Notes: generated by a model from the sequence alone, not told the origin. A stretch of 64,000 nt of DNA from Acidimicrobiales bacterium (GCA_035316325.1 DATHJB010000033.1:21510-85509); one strand, 5' to 3'; numbered from the stretch's first letter, positions 39,044 through 47,931 are shown. A program made the numbers and translations.

Positions 39044-40063
39044 CTACTGACCCGGCCGTCGGATCTTGCGCACCGGCGCGCCCGCGGCCCAGACCATGCG
39101 CCACGACCTCGAGCCCAGGATGGCCTCGAGGCGCTGCCGCATGCTCTCGTACTGCTGGATGTGGGCGTCCATCTCGGCGATGCGGCCCCGTGCGCCACCG
39201 AGCTCGGCGTCCTTGCCGATCACCTCGTCGCGCAGGCGCAGGACCTCTTCCTTGAGCTCGGCCTGCTGCCTGCGAAGCGCGGCGACCTCGGAATCCTCGG
39301 TATCGAGCAAGCCCAGTTTCTCCTGGAGGTCGAGGACCTTGGTCCGTACCTCGGTGACCTCTTCGTGGAGGCGCCACCAGGCACGGTCGTAGTCGCGGAC
39401 GTAGTCGGCGGTGGTGCCGGGATGCCGTACGTACAGCGCGGCCCAGGGCGTGAGGTACGAGGCGTCGTAGTCGAACTCGCGCACGAACCCGTTGGCCGCC
39501 ATGATCGACGACCAGTACTCGGGCGGTTGCACGTTGAAGTGCGTCGGCTCGCCGTAGTCGAACGGCGACGACGAGAACAGCACCCGGTCGGCGGCCGAGC
39601 ACAGGTTGGCGATCGCGGCGCGGGCATCGGCCGCGGGCAGGTGCTCGATCACCTCGACGCACGTGACCAGGTCGAAGCGGCGGCCGATCGGCTCGGTCAG
39701 CGAGGCCACCCAGCAGTGCTCGCGCACCTCCTCGGGCATCTGCGAGATGGCGTACTCGGAGATGTCGACACCGGCGGCGTCGACGCCCCGGTTGCGCAAC
39801 TGCTCGACCAGCAGGCCGATCGCGCAGCCCGCGTCGAGCACGGTGGCCGGCTTGAGGTCGTCCACGATGTGGCCGGCGATGCCCCCGAAGAAGTTGAGCC
39901 AGTGCTCGGACCGCTCGTACGGGATGCCGCAGTCGTGGGCGTAGTAGTACTCGCCGAACGTCTTGCCATCGACCGCCGCAGGTGTCGGCGATTGCTTGTC
40001 TGCGGCCGCGCCGACCGTGACACCGGTGGCGTCGTGTTCGGCCGTGGGGGTGGGTTCGGGCAC
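39044..40063 (-). CDS. SAM-dependent methyltransferase with ~90-aa C-terminal coiled coil (WbdD-like terminator/ruler candidate)
   Basis: VLDAGCAIGLLV (motif I) and FDLVTCVEVIEHLP. The heptad-rich tail is EEVTEVRTKVLDLQEKL...AELKEEVLRLRDEV...IAEMDAHIQQYESMRQRLEAIL. The start is uncertain: GTG 40063 is preferred, because ORF start 40210 would overlap the divergent gene. Confidence 0.78.
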   Translation of the reverse strand: MPEPTPTAEHDATGVTVGAAADKQSPTPAAVDGKTFGEYYYAHDCGIPYERSEHWLNFFGGIAGHIVDDLKPATVLDAGCAIGLLVEQLRNRGVDAAGVDISEYAISQMPEEVREHCWVASLTEPIGRRFDLVTCVEVIEHLPAADARAAIANLCSAADRVLFSSSPFDYGEPTHFNVQPPEYWSSIMAANGFVREFDYDASYLTPWAALYVRHPGTTADYVRDYDRAWWRLHEEVTEVRTKVLDLQEKLGLLDTEDSEVAALRRQQAELKEEVLRLRDEVIGKDAELGGARGRIAEMDAHIQQYESMRQRLEAILGSRSWRMVWAAGAPVRKIRRPGQ

Positions 40064-40182
40064 GGGCGGCGAGTTTACCGTTGACGACGGCGCCTGCCGG
40101 AACGGGCGCCACCGGTGGGTCTTCAAGCCCTCGACGAGCGGAGCTATAGTCGCCGGGTTCTGCGATTGCGGCAGGAGCCGAT

Positions 40183-41196
40183 GTGATCGCCCGACCGAGC
40201 GGGTGGGCACCCAGCGTGAGCGAGAGTCAAACCGAGTCGTGGGACGGGCCCCAGCTCGACGTGAGCATCCTCGTCCCGGTGCTCAACGAGGCCGTCACCC
40301 TGGTGACGGTCGTCGAAGAGATCGAGACGGCGTTCACCGAGCTGCCTGACCTGGCCTTCGAGGTCGTCTTCATCGACGACGGCAGCACCGACGAGAGCTG
40401 GAAGACGATCTCCGAGCTCGCCGCCGGCCACCCGGCGGTCCGGGGCGTGAGGCTGCGCCGCAACCTCGGCAAGGCCGCGGCGCTGAAGGTGGGCGTCGAG
40501 ACGTCGACGGGCAAGGTCATAGTGACCATGGACGCCGACCTCCAGGACGACGCCGCCGAGCTGCCCCGGTTCCTCGAGGAGCTCGACACCGGCTACGACC
40601 TGGTCTCCGGCTGGAAGCACGACCGCAAGGACCCGCTGGGCAAGCGCCTGCCGTCGAAGGTCTTCAACTCGATCACCGGCATCGTCACCGGGGTGCGCCT
40701 GCACGACCACAACTGCGGCTTCAAGGCGGCCAGCCGCCAGGTCTACGAGCAGGTGCCGCTGTACGGCGAGCTGCACCGCTACGTGCCGGTCACGGCGTTC
40801 AGCCTCGGCTACCGCATCGGCGAGATCCCTGTGAACCACCGTCCCCGGACGCACGGCAAGTCGAAGTACGGCATCGAGCGCTACGTGCGCGGCTTCCTCG
40901 ACCTGCTCACCGTGTTCATGCTGACCCGCTACGGGCGCCGCCCGGGCCACCTCTTCGGCGGCGCGGGCATCATCTTCGGGGTCGTGGGCTTCCTGGTCCT
41001 CGCCTACCTCAGCGGGGTCTGGGCTTTCACCGACCAGCCGATCGGCACCCGGCCACTGCTCTTCTTCGGCATCCTGCTCGAGGTGGTGGCGGTGCAGCTC
41101 GTGTCGCTGGGCGTGCTCTCCGAGCTGGTGCAGAGCCGCACGGCCGACCGCTCGCTGGTCGATCCGGTCATCGACGACACGGAGCTGACCCGATGA
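40183..41196 (+). CDS. GT2 polyprenyl-phosphate glycosyltransferase (GtrB/ArnC/DPM1-like, two C-terminal TM helices)
   Basis: VSILVPVLNE, FIDDGSTD, MDADLQDD, two C-terminal TM helices. AGGAG lies 5 nt upstream of GTG 40183. Confidence 0.88.
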   Translation: MIARPSGWAPSVSESQTESWDGPQLDVSILVPVLNEAVTLVTVVEEIETAFTELPDLAFEVVFIDDGSTDESWKTISELAAGHPAVRGVRLRRNLGKAAALKVGVETSTGKVIVTMDADLQDDAAELPRFLEELDTGYDLVSGWKHDRKDPLGKRLPSKVFNSITGIVTGVRLHDHNCGFKAASRQVYEQVPLYGELHRYVPVTAFSLGYRIGEIPVNHRPRTHGKSKYGIERYVRGFLDLLTVFMLTRYGRRPGHLFGGAGIIFGVVGFLVLAYLSGVWAFTDQPIGTRPLLFFGILLEVVAVQLVSLGVLSELVQSRTADRSLVDPVIDDTELTR

Positions 41197-41894
41197 TCCG
41201 CCGCGCCTACGTGCGGGTCAGCCGTCTCGGCGCCGCCGCCCTCGACCGACTCGGCGTGCTGGGCTGGCTGTCCCGGCGACGCAGCCCCTTCGGCCGGCAC
41301 GTCTACTCGCTGTTCGCCATCTACGACGTCGACCGCATGATCGCCGTCGGCCTGCCGTGGTGGACCTACGGGGCGATCGCCGAGGTCGACGACTTCCTGA
41401 GCGGGCGCCGCGGCGACGTGCGGGTCTTCGAGTTCGGTGCCGGTGCCAGCACCCTGTGGCTGGCCGAACGGGCGACCGAGGTGCACTCGGTCGAGCACGA
41501 CCTCTCCTTCGTGCAGATCCTCGAACCGCGGCTGAAGCGCCACGACAACGTCGACCTGCGGGGGGTCGAGGCCGGCGAGCGCACGGACGACTCCACCGCG
41601 GTGTCCGAGCGCAAGGGTCACGAGCAGCTCGACTTCGCCGACTACGTCCGGACCATCGACGACGTCGGCGGCCTGTTCGACCTGATCGTGGTCGACGGCC
41701 GGGCCCGGTCCGCCTGCCTGCAGGCGGCTCTCCCGCACCTGGCCGACGACGGCATGGTGGTCTTCGACAACGCCGGCCGCAGCCGCTACGCCGCGGCGAT
41801 CGCCGGGTCGGGCATCGAGGTCGACGTCAAGCGCGGTTGGGCACCCAGCCTCCCTTACCGCGAGGCGACGGCCTTGCTGCGGAAGCCGGCCTGA
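41193..41894 (+). CDS. Class I methyltransferase-fold protein
   Basis: VFEFGAGASTLWLA (motif I), DLIVVDGR, VVFDN. ATGA overlap with the upstream GT2 gene. Confidence 0.62.
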   Translation: MIRRAYVRVSRLGAAALDRLGVLGWLSRRRSPFGRHVYSLFAIYDVDRMIAVGLPWWTYGAIAEVDDFLSGRRGDVRVFEFGAGASTLWLAERATEVHSVEHDLSFVQILEPRLKRHDNVDLRGVEAGERTDDSTAVSERKGHEQLDFADYVRTIDDVGGLFDLIVVDGRARSACLQAALPHLADDGMVVFDNAGRSRYAAAIAGSGIEVDVKRGWAPSLPYREATALLRKPA

Positions 41895-41954
41895 CCCGCG
41901 GCGCCCGGCCGAGAAAACCAGGCTGGGAGCCAACGACTACCGTGGTCGACGTCC

Positions 41955-42968
41955 ATGAAACTGATCATCCAGATCCCCTGTCTCAACGAAGAGCAGCAGC
42001 TACCTGCGACTCTCGGTGACTTGCCCCGGAAGGTCGACGGTTTCGACGAGGTCGAGTGGCTGGTCATCGACGACGGCTCCACCGACCGCACCGTCGAGGT
42101 GGCGCTGGAGTGCGGGGTCGACCACATCGTGCGGCTCACCAACAACCGGGGCCTCGCCTCCGCCTTCCAGGCGGGCCTCGACGCCTGCCTGAAGCTCGGC
42201 GCCGACGTGATCGTCAACACCGACGCCGACAACCAGTACTCCGCGGCCGACATCCCCGCGCTCGTCAAGCCCATCCTCACCGGCGACGCCGACATGGTGG
42301 TGGGCGACCGCAACGTGATGGGCATCGAGCACTTCTCGTTCGCGAAGAAGCGGCTGCAGCGCTTGGGTTCGTGGGTCCTGCGGCAGGCGTCCGACACCAA
42401 CGTGCCCGACGCCACCTCGGGCTTCCGGGCCTACAACCGTGAGGCCGCGCTGGGCCTCACCGTCGTCAACAAGTTCACCTACACGCTCGAGTCGCTGATC
42501 CAGGCGGGCAAGAGCCTGGTGGCCGTGAGCCACGTCACCGTCGGCACCAACGAGAAGACGCGCGAGTCGCGGCTCTTCGGGTCGATGTGGACGTACATCC
42601 GCCGCAACGTGGGGGCGATCTTCCGCATCTACACCGGCTACGAGCCGCTGCGGGTGTTCTCCACGCTGGCCGCGGCGCTGGCGTTGTTCGCCGTGGCGGC
42701 CTGGGTGCCGTTCCTGTACGACTGGCTGCGCTACGGCGACCGTGCCGGCCACCTCCAGTCGCTGGTGCTGGGAGGCGTGCTGTTCATGGCCGCCCTCCAG
42801 GTGTTCGCCCTGGGGGTCATCGCCGACGCCATCTCGGCGAGCCGCACGGTGACGCAGCGCACGCTCGAGCGCGTGCGGCGCATCGAGCTGCAGCTGGGCG
42901 TCCCGCCGTCGCACTACATCGCCGGACGTGAGGGCGGGGGCGATACCGAGCTCGATGTCGAGCCCTGA
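41955..42968 (+). CDS. GT2 polyprenyl-phosphate glycosyltransferase (DPM1/GtrB-like, C-terminal TM helices)
   Basis: IIQIPCLNEE, VIDDGSTD, NTDADNQY, two C-terminal TM helices. Confidence 0.88.
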   Translation: MKLIIQIPCLNEEQQLPATLGDLPRKVDGFDEVEWLVIDDGSTDRTVEVALECGVDHIVRLTNNRGLASAFQAGLDACLKLGADVIVNTDADNQYSAADIPALVKPILTGDADMVVGDRNVMGIEHFSFAKKRLQRLGSWVLRQASDTNVPDATSGFRAYNREAALGLTVVNKFTYTLESLIQAGKSLVAVSHVTVGTNEKTRESRLFGSMWTYIRRNVGAIFRIYTGYEPLRVFSTLAAALALFAVAAWVPFLYDWLRYGDRAGHLQSLVLGGVLFMAALQVFALGVIADAISASRTVTQRTLERVRRIELQLGVPPSHYIAGREGGGDTELDVEP

Positions 42969-44313
42969 GCCGCCGCCCGGGCCGCCCCGGGTGCGGTTGG
43001 TGGTGCTCAACTACAACGGCGGCGACTTCGTCGTCCGTTGCATCGAGGCGCTGACCAAGCTCGACTGGCCCGCCGACCGCCTGGACCTGGTGGTGGTCGA
43101 CAACCTGTCGACCGACGGCAGCACCGCCGTCGTGTCGGAGCGCTTCCCTCCGTCGACCGTGCGGGTCCTGCGCAACACCGCCAACACGGGGTTCCCGGCC
43201 AACAACCTGGCCATGCGCGACCTCGCCGGCGTCGACTACGTGGGGCTGGTCAACTCCGACGCCTTCGTCGAGCCGGACTGGCTGCACCACATGGTCGCGG
43301 CCCTGGCAGCCGATGCGGAGCTGGGCGCGGTGTCGGCCAAGATGCTGTTCGCCGACCGGTTCGTGGAGGTGTCGGTGGAGTCGCCGACCTTCGTGCCGGG
43401 CGTGGCCGATGCCCGGGAGCTGGGCGTGATGGTGAGCGGCGTACGGGTCGACGGGATCGACCGCTGGCGCGACGCCCAGCTCGCCGAGGGCGGCTGGGGC
43501 CTGGAGCACGGGCGCGACGGGACCTTCCAGTGGACCCGGGGTCGGGCCCTGGTGCGGATCCCCGTCGGCGGCGTCGGCGAGGTGCGGTTGGCGGCGGAGT
43601 CGGCGAAGACCGTGACGCTGCGCTGCGGGGCTCGAGAGCTGGCGGTGGAGGTCGGCGTCGAGCCGGCGTGGTTCGAGGTGCCTCTGGACGGCACGCCGAT
43701 CGACGTGGTCAACAACGTCGGGTCGGTGGTGTTCGACGACGGGTCGGGCGCCGACCGGGGCTACCTGGAGGTCGACCGGGGGCAGTACGACGAGCCGGCC
43801 GACGTGTTCGCCTGGTGCGGCGGCAGCGTCCTGTTCCGGCCGGAGTACCTGGCCGACGTGGGGCTGTTCGACGAGCGGTTCTTCCTCTACTACGAGGACA
43901 CCGACCTGTCGTGGCGGGGGCAGAGCCGGGGGTGGCGCTACCGCTACGTGCCGGGGGCCGTGACCCGCCACATCCATGCCGCGTCGACGGGCGAGGGGTC
44001 GCCGATCTTCCAGCACTACGTCGAGCGGAACCGGCTGTTCATGCTGGTGAAGAACGCGCCCCGCTCGATGGCGTCGCGGGCGGTGTGGCGCTACCTGCTG
44101 GTCACCGCGTCGTACGCCCGGCGCGACCTGGTCCGCCCGGTGCTGCGGGCGCGGCGGCCCAACCCGACGCAGGTGCTGCGCCGGGCCAAGTCGTTCCTCG
44201 GTTTCCTGCGGCTGCTCCCCGGCGCGCTCGTGGCGCGGCGCCGGATCCGTCGAGCCGCCACGGTGTCCGACGAGGTGCTGCTCGGCCGCCTCACCCCGAC
44301 GCCGGCGCGATGA
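42955..44313 (+). CDS. GT2 glycosyltransferase (WbbL/rhamnosyltransferase-like) with ~115-aa internal insertion
   Basis: VVLNYNGG, VVDNLSTDGS, NSDAF, FFLYYEDTDLSWR. The insert lies at ~nt 43360-43704. Confidence 0.85.
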   Translation: MSSPEPPPGPPRVRLVVLNYNGGDFVVRCIEALTKLDWPADRLDLVVVDNLSTDGSTAVVSERFPPSTVRVLRNTANTGFPANNLAMRDLAGVDYVGLVNSDAFVEPDWLHHMVAALAADAELGAVSAKMLFADRFVEVSVESPTFVPGVADARELGVMVSGVRVDGIDRWRDAQLAEGGWGLEHGRDGTFQWTRGRALVRIPVGGVGEVRLAAESAKTVTLRCGARELAVEVGVEPAWFEVPLDGTPIDVVNNVGSVVFDDGSGADRGYLEVDRGQYDEPADVFAWCGGSVLFRPEYLADVGLFDERFFLYYEDTDLSWRGQSRGWRYRYVPGAVTRHIHAASTGEGSPIFQHYVERNRLFMLVKNAPRSMASRAVWRYLLVTASYARRDLVRPVLRARRPNPTQVLRRAKSFLGFLRLLPGALVARRRIRRAATVSDEVLLGRLTPTPAR

Positions 44314-45905
44314 AGGTCGCGGTCTACGACCGCTACTGGCCGACGGCCGGTGGGGGCGAGAAGTTCGCGGCGGGGATCGCCGCGGCGCTGGCGGCCGACC
44401 ACGACGTGACGTTGCTGGCCCACGAGCCGCTGGACCTGGACCGGCTGGGGGAGCGGCTCCAGCTCGACCTGTCCGGCGTCGACGTGCACCAGGTGGAGGC
44501 CGACCGGGCCGGGGCGGTGTCGGCGGCGACGGCGGGGTTCGACCTCTTCGTCAACGCCTCGTTCCTCAGCCGTGACACCAACCGGGCCCGCCGGGGTGTG
44601 TACGTGGTGCACTTCCCGGGGTTCCGGCCGTCGGCGCGGCACCGGGCCGTGGGGCGGGTGGGTCGGGTCGCCCGGACGTTGGGCCTGTCCGGTGGTGTCG
44701 AGGTGTCGCTGGGCGACGGGTTCTACTCGCCCGAGTCGGCCCGGCTGCACACGCTGCACTGGACGTCCGGCGAGGCCGAGCTGAGGGTGCGGGCGGCGAA
44801 GCCCGGCCGCCACCAGGTCACCCTGCTCCTGGGCCGCTACGTCCCGCCGGCCCTGGCCCCCACCGAGGTGACCGTCGAACACGACGGCCAGGTCCTCGGC
44901 CGCGTCACGATCACCCCACCGTCGGGCCGCCTCGACCGCCACCGCACGATCCCCCTCACGTTCTCGGTCGACATCCCCGCGGCCCGGGGGCCCACCCCAC
45001 CGCGGCCGGCCACGGAACCCGTGACGGTGACGTTGTCGAGTGCGGGGTGGGTGCCGCACGTGTTGGGGCTCGGGGCCGACACCCGGGTGTTGGGCGTGCC
45101 GGTGGCCGGGTGGTACGGCGGCCAGGGGTGGCGGGCCAGGATCGCCGCGGCGGTGCCGTTGCTGGCGACCGAGCAGGGCGAGCGGTTCGACGCCCTCGAC
45201 AGCTACGACCGCGTGCTGTCGAACTCGCGGTACACCCAGGGCTGGGTGGCCCGGATGTGGCAACGCGACAGCGGCGTCCTCTACCCGCCGGTGCCGTCGT
45301 TCGCCCGAGCCGACGAGAAGAAGCCGATCATCCTGGGCGTCGGCCGGTTCTTCGTTCCCGGCACCGGCCACAACAAGAAGCAGCTGGAGCTGGTGGGGGC
45401 GTTCCGGCAGCTGGTCGAACGGGGCCAGGCCGACGGCTGGGAGCTCCACCTCGTCGGCGGCTGCGCTCCCGAGCACCAGGCCTACCTCGACCAGGTCCGC
45501 GACGCCGCCACCGGGCTACCGGTGGTGCTCCACCCCGACGCCACCGGCGCCGAGCTGCGCACCCTCTACGGCGAGGCGGCGGTCTTCTGGCACGCCGCCG
45601 GGCTGGGCGAAGACGTCGAGCGGCACCCCGAGCGCCAGGAGCACTTCGGCATCACCACGGTCGAGGCGATGTCGGCGGGGGCCGTGCCCGTCGTGATCGA
45701 CGCCGCCGGTCAGGCCGAGATCGTGGAGCAGGGCGTGTCCGGGTTCCGCTTCGGCACCGTGGAGGAGCTCGTCACCCACACCGAGCGCCTGGTCGGCGAC
45801 GCCGAGCTGCGGGCCACGATGTCGACGGCCGCCGAGGCACGGGCTCGCGATTTCGGTTGGGATGCGTTCGTGGCGAGCGTCCGATCGCAGGTCCTCCCTT
45901 CGTAG
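44310..45905 (+). CDS. GT4 glycosyltransferase with ~140-aa internal insertion
   Basis: GGGEKF N-terminus and C-terminal EHFGITTVEAMSAGAVPVVIDAAGQAEIV (EX7E). The insert lies at ~nt 44691-45119. ATGA overlap with the upstream GT2 gene. Confidence 0.85.
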   Translation: MKVAVYDRYWPTAGGGEKFAAGIAAALAADHDVTLLAHEPLDLDRLGERLQLDLSGVDVHQVEADRAGAVSAATAGFDLFVNASFLSRDTNRARRGVYVVHFPGFRPSARHRAVGRVGRVARTLGLSGGVEVSLGDGFYSPESARLHTLHWTSGEAELRVRAAKPGRHQVTLLLGRYVPPALAPTEVTVEHDGQVLGRVTITPPSGRLDRHRTIPLTFSVDIPAARGPTPPRPATEPVTVTLSSAGWVPHVLGLGADTRVLGVPVAGWYGGQGWRARIAAAVPLLATEQGERFDALDSYDRVLSNSRYTQGWVARMWQRDSGVLYPPVPSFARADEKKPIILGVGRFFVPGTGHNKKQLELVGAFRQLVERGQADGWELHLVGGCAPEHQAYLDQVRDAATGLPVVLHPDATGAELRTLYGEAAVFWHAAGLGEDVERHPERQEHFGITTVEAMSAGAVPVVIDAAGQAEIVEQGVSGFRFGTVEELVTHTERLVGDAELRATMSTAAEARARDFGWDAFVASVRSQVLPS

Positions 45906-45926
45906 GTCGCAAGAGCCGGAGCGGGT

Positions 45927-46799
45927 TCAGGGCCGGGTGCAGTCCCAGGCGAGGTACTGGTACGCGGGCTCGATGCCGAGGCGGGTGGCCTGGTGGCCGT
46001 CGGCGATCACCGTCAGGTCCTCCGGGATGACGCCGGCGAGGATGTCGGGCACGTCGAACGGCGCCGCCCACGTGGGCCACGGGTTGTCGTCGGCGTAGAC
46101 GGCGCTGTCGAAGGCCGCCGTGCAGAGCAGGTCGACGTGGAAGCCGGCGGCGCGGAGCGGGGCGGTGAGGTCGAACCCGAAGCGCCAGAAGACCGGCGTG
46201 TCGTCCTCGTGGAACTCGGGGCCGACGGGTGGGGCGGTGCGGGCCTGCAGCACCGGCACCTGCAGCAGCAGGTGGCCGCCGGGCGCCAGCACCCGGTGCA
46301 GCTCGGCCAGGGCTCGACCAGTGTCGCGCACGTGCTCGAGGACGTGGGCGCACAGGACCACGTCGAGGGAGGCGTCGGGCAGGTCGATCGCCTGGAGGTC
46401 GATCCGCAGGTTGCCGGCGTGGGAGCGCATGTCGTAGTCGCTGGTCTGGTACGAGAACCACGCCGCCATGGCGTTGCGGTAGGCCGGACCGAGCCGGGGG
46501 CTGCACTCGACCACCCGCAGGCCGCGGTGCAGGCCGACCCGCTCGGCCAGGCACCAGTGCAGGAAGCGGTCGCGGCCGTTGCTGCCGCAGCGGGGGCAGT
46601 GGGTGAGCTCGACGTGGCCGGGCCGCTCGAACTCCCTGCCCCGCCAGCGACACACGTTGCAGTAGGCGCCACTCAGCCGGCGCAGGTCGGGTGTCGGGGA
46701 CCACGGCGGCACCGCCGGGTTGGGATGCGGCGGGTGCGCCACCGCCCACATCCGCCGCCCGACCCGGGCCGCCTTCCGCACCGCCACGGGATAGGCCAC
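45927..46799 (-). CDS. Methyltransferase type 11-like protein with N-terminal Cys4 zinc ribbon
   Basis: CNVCRW...CPRCGS, then LDVVLCAHVLEHVRD and LAPGGHLLLQVP. The GTG start directly abuts the meaB stop (TAG-GTG), and a later ATG start is possible. Confidence 0.72.
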   Translation of the reverse strand: MAYPVAVRKAARVGRRMWAVAHPPHPNPAVPPWSPTPDLRRLSGAYCNVCRWRGREFERPGHVELTHCPRCGSNGRDRFLHWCLAERVGLHRGLRVVECSPRLGPAYRNAMAAWFSYQTSDYDMRSHAGNLRIDLQAIDLPDASLDVVLCAHVLEHVRDTGRALAELHRVLAPGGHLLLQVPVLQARTAPPVGPEFHEDDTPVFWRFGFDLTAPLRAAGFHVDLLCTAAFDSAVYADDNPWPTWAAPFDVPDILAGVIPEDLTVIADGHQATRLGIEPAYQYLAWDCTRP

Positions 46800-47783
46800 C
46801 TACTCGTCTCCCTCCCGGTCGAGCAGGGCGCGGGCGGCGCTGGCGGGGGAGAGGTGGCCGGAGCGGACGGCGGACTCGACCTGGGGCCAGCGGGCAGCGA
46901 CCGACGGGTCGTGGCGGAAGCGGTCGAGGAGGGTCTCGCGGATCTCGTCCCACATCCAGGCGACCGCTTGGGACGAGCGCAGCTGCTCCAACGCCCCGGT
47001 GGTGCGCAGGTGGGCGGTGCACGCCTCGATCGCCGCCCACGTTTCGGCGATGCCGCTGCCCTGCAGGGCCGAGGCGGGCAGCACCGGCACCTCCCAGCCC
47101 TCGTGCTTCGGTCGCAGCAGGTGCACCGCATGGCGGTAGTCGGCGACCGCCCGGTTGGCCGCCGGCAGCAGGTCGCCGTCGGCCTTGTTGACCACCACCA
47201 CGTCGGCCAGCTCCATGATCCCCCGCTTGATGCCCTGCAGCTCGTCGCCGCCACCGGGAGCCGCCAGGAGCACGAAGCAGTCGACCATGTCGGCCACGGC
47301 GATCTCGGACTGGCCCACGCCCACCGTCTCGACCACCACCACGTCGAACCCCGCCGCCTCGCACAGCAGGCCGGCCTCCCGGGTGCGCCGGGCCACACCG
47401 CCGAGCGCTCCACCGGAGGGCGACGGCCGGATGAACGCCTGCGGGTCGCGCGCCAGCCGCTCCATGCGGGTCTTGTCGCCGAGGATCGAGCCGCCGCTGC
47501 GTCGACTCGACGGATCGACCGCCAGCACCGCCACCCGGTGTCCCTCGCCGGTGAGCCGCGTGCCCAGCTCCTCGACGAACGTCGACTTCCCCGCGCCCGG
47601 CGTGCCGGTGATGCCGACCCGCACCGCCGTGCCGGTGGCGGGCAGGACGGTGTCGAGCAGCGCCGTGGCCTCCTCCCGGTGGTCGGGCCGGGTGGACTCG
47701 ACCAGCGTGATCGACCGCGCCAACGCCCGACGATCGCCCGCGAGGAGGGCGTCGGCGAGGGCTTCGGGAACGGCTTCGGTCAC
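46800..47783 (-). CDS. meaB: Methylmalonyl-CoA mutase-associated G-protein chaperone MeaB/ArgK
   Basis: [12 protein letters not shown] (P-loop), [33 protein letters not shown] start at 47783. Confidence 0.92.
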   Translation of the reverse strand: MTEAVPEALADALLAGDRRALARSITLVESTRPDHREEATALLDTVLPATGTAVRVGITGTPGAGKSTFVEELGTRLTGEGHRVAVLAVDPSSRRSGGSILGDKTRMERLARDPQAFIRPSPSGGALGGVARRTREAGLLCEAAGFDVVVVETVGVGQSEIAVADMVDCFVLLAAPGGGDELQGIKRGIMELADVVVVNKADGDLLPAANRAVADYRHAVHLLRPKHEGWEVPVLPASALQGSGIAETWAAIEACTAHLRTTGALEQLRSSQAVAWMWDEIRETLLDRFRHDPSVAARWPQVESAVRSGHLSPASAARALLDREGDE

Positions 47784-47855
47784 GGAGCCAACACTAGGCA
47801 AGGGGTGTGACAGTCGAGGCCGCTCGGGCCGTCCCGAGTCATCCGTGGTCGCCGA

Positions 47856-47931
47856 TCCACAGTCGAGTCGTCCGTCGTCGGAGACCGACCACAAGCGACT
47901 CGAGAACAACAAAACGACCACAAACGACTCG
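47856..47931. promoter_or_regulatory. Three ~30-bp-spaced direct repeats (CCACA-NN-CGA-N-TCG) in the meaB/DHFR-like divergent intergenic region
   Basis: cgaccacaagcgactcg (47886-47902) and cgaccacaaacgactcg (47915-47931) match 16/17. A degenerate third copy, tccacagtcgagtcg, lies at 47856-47870. Confidence 0.35.
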
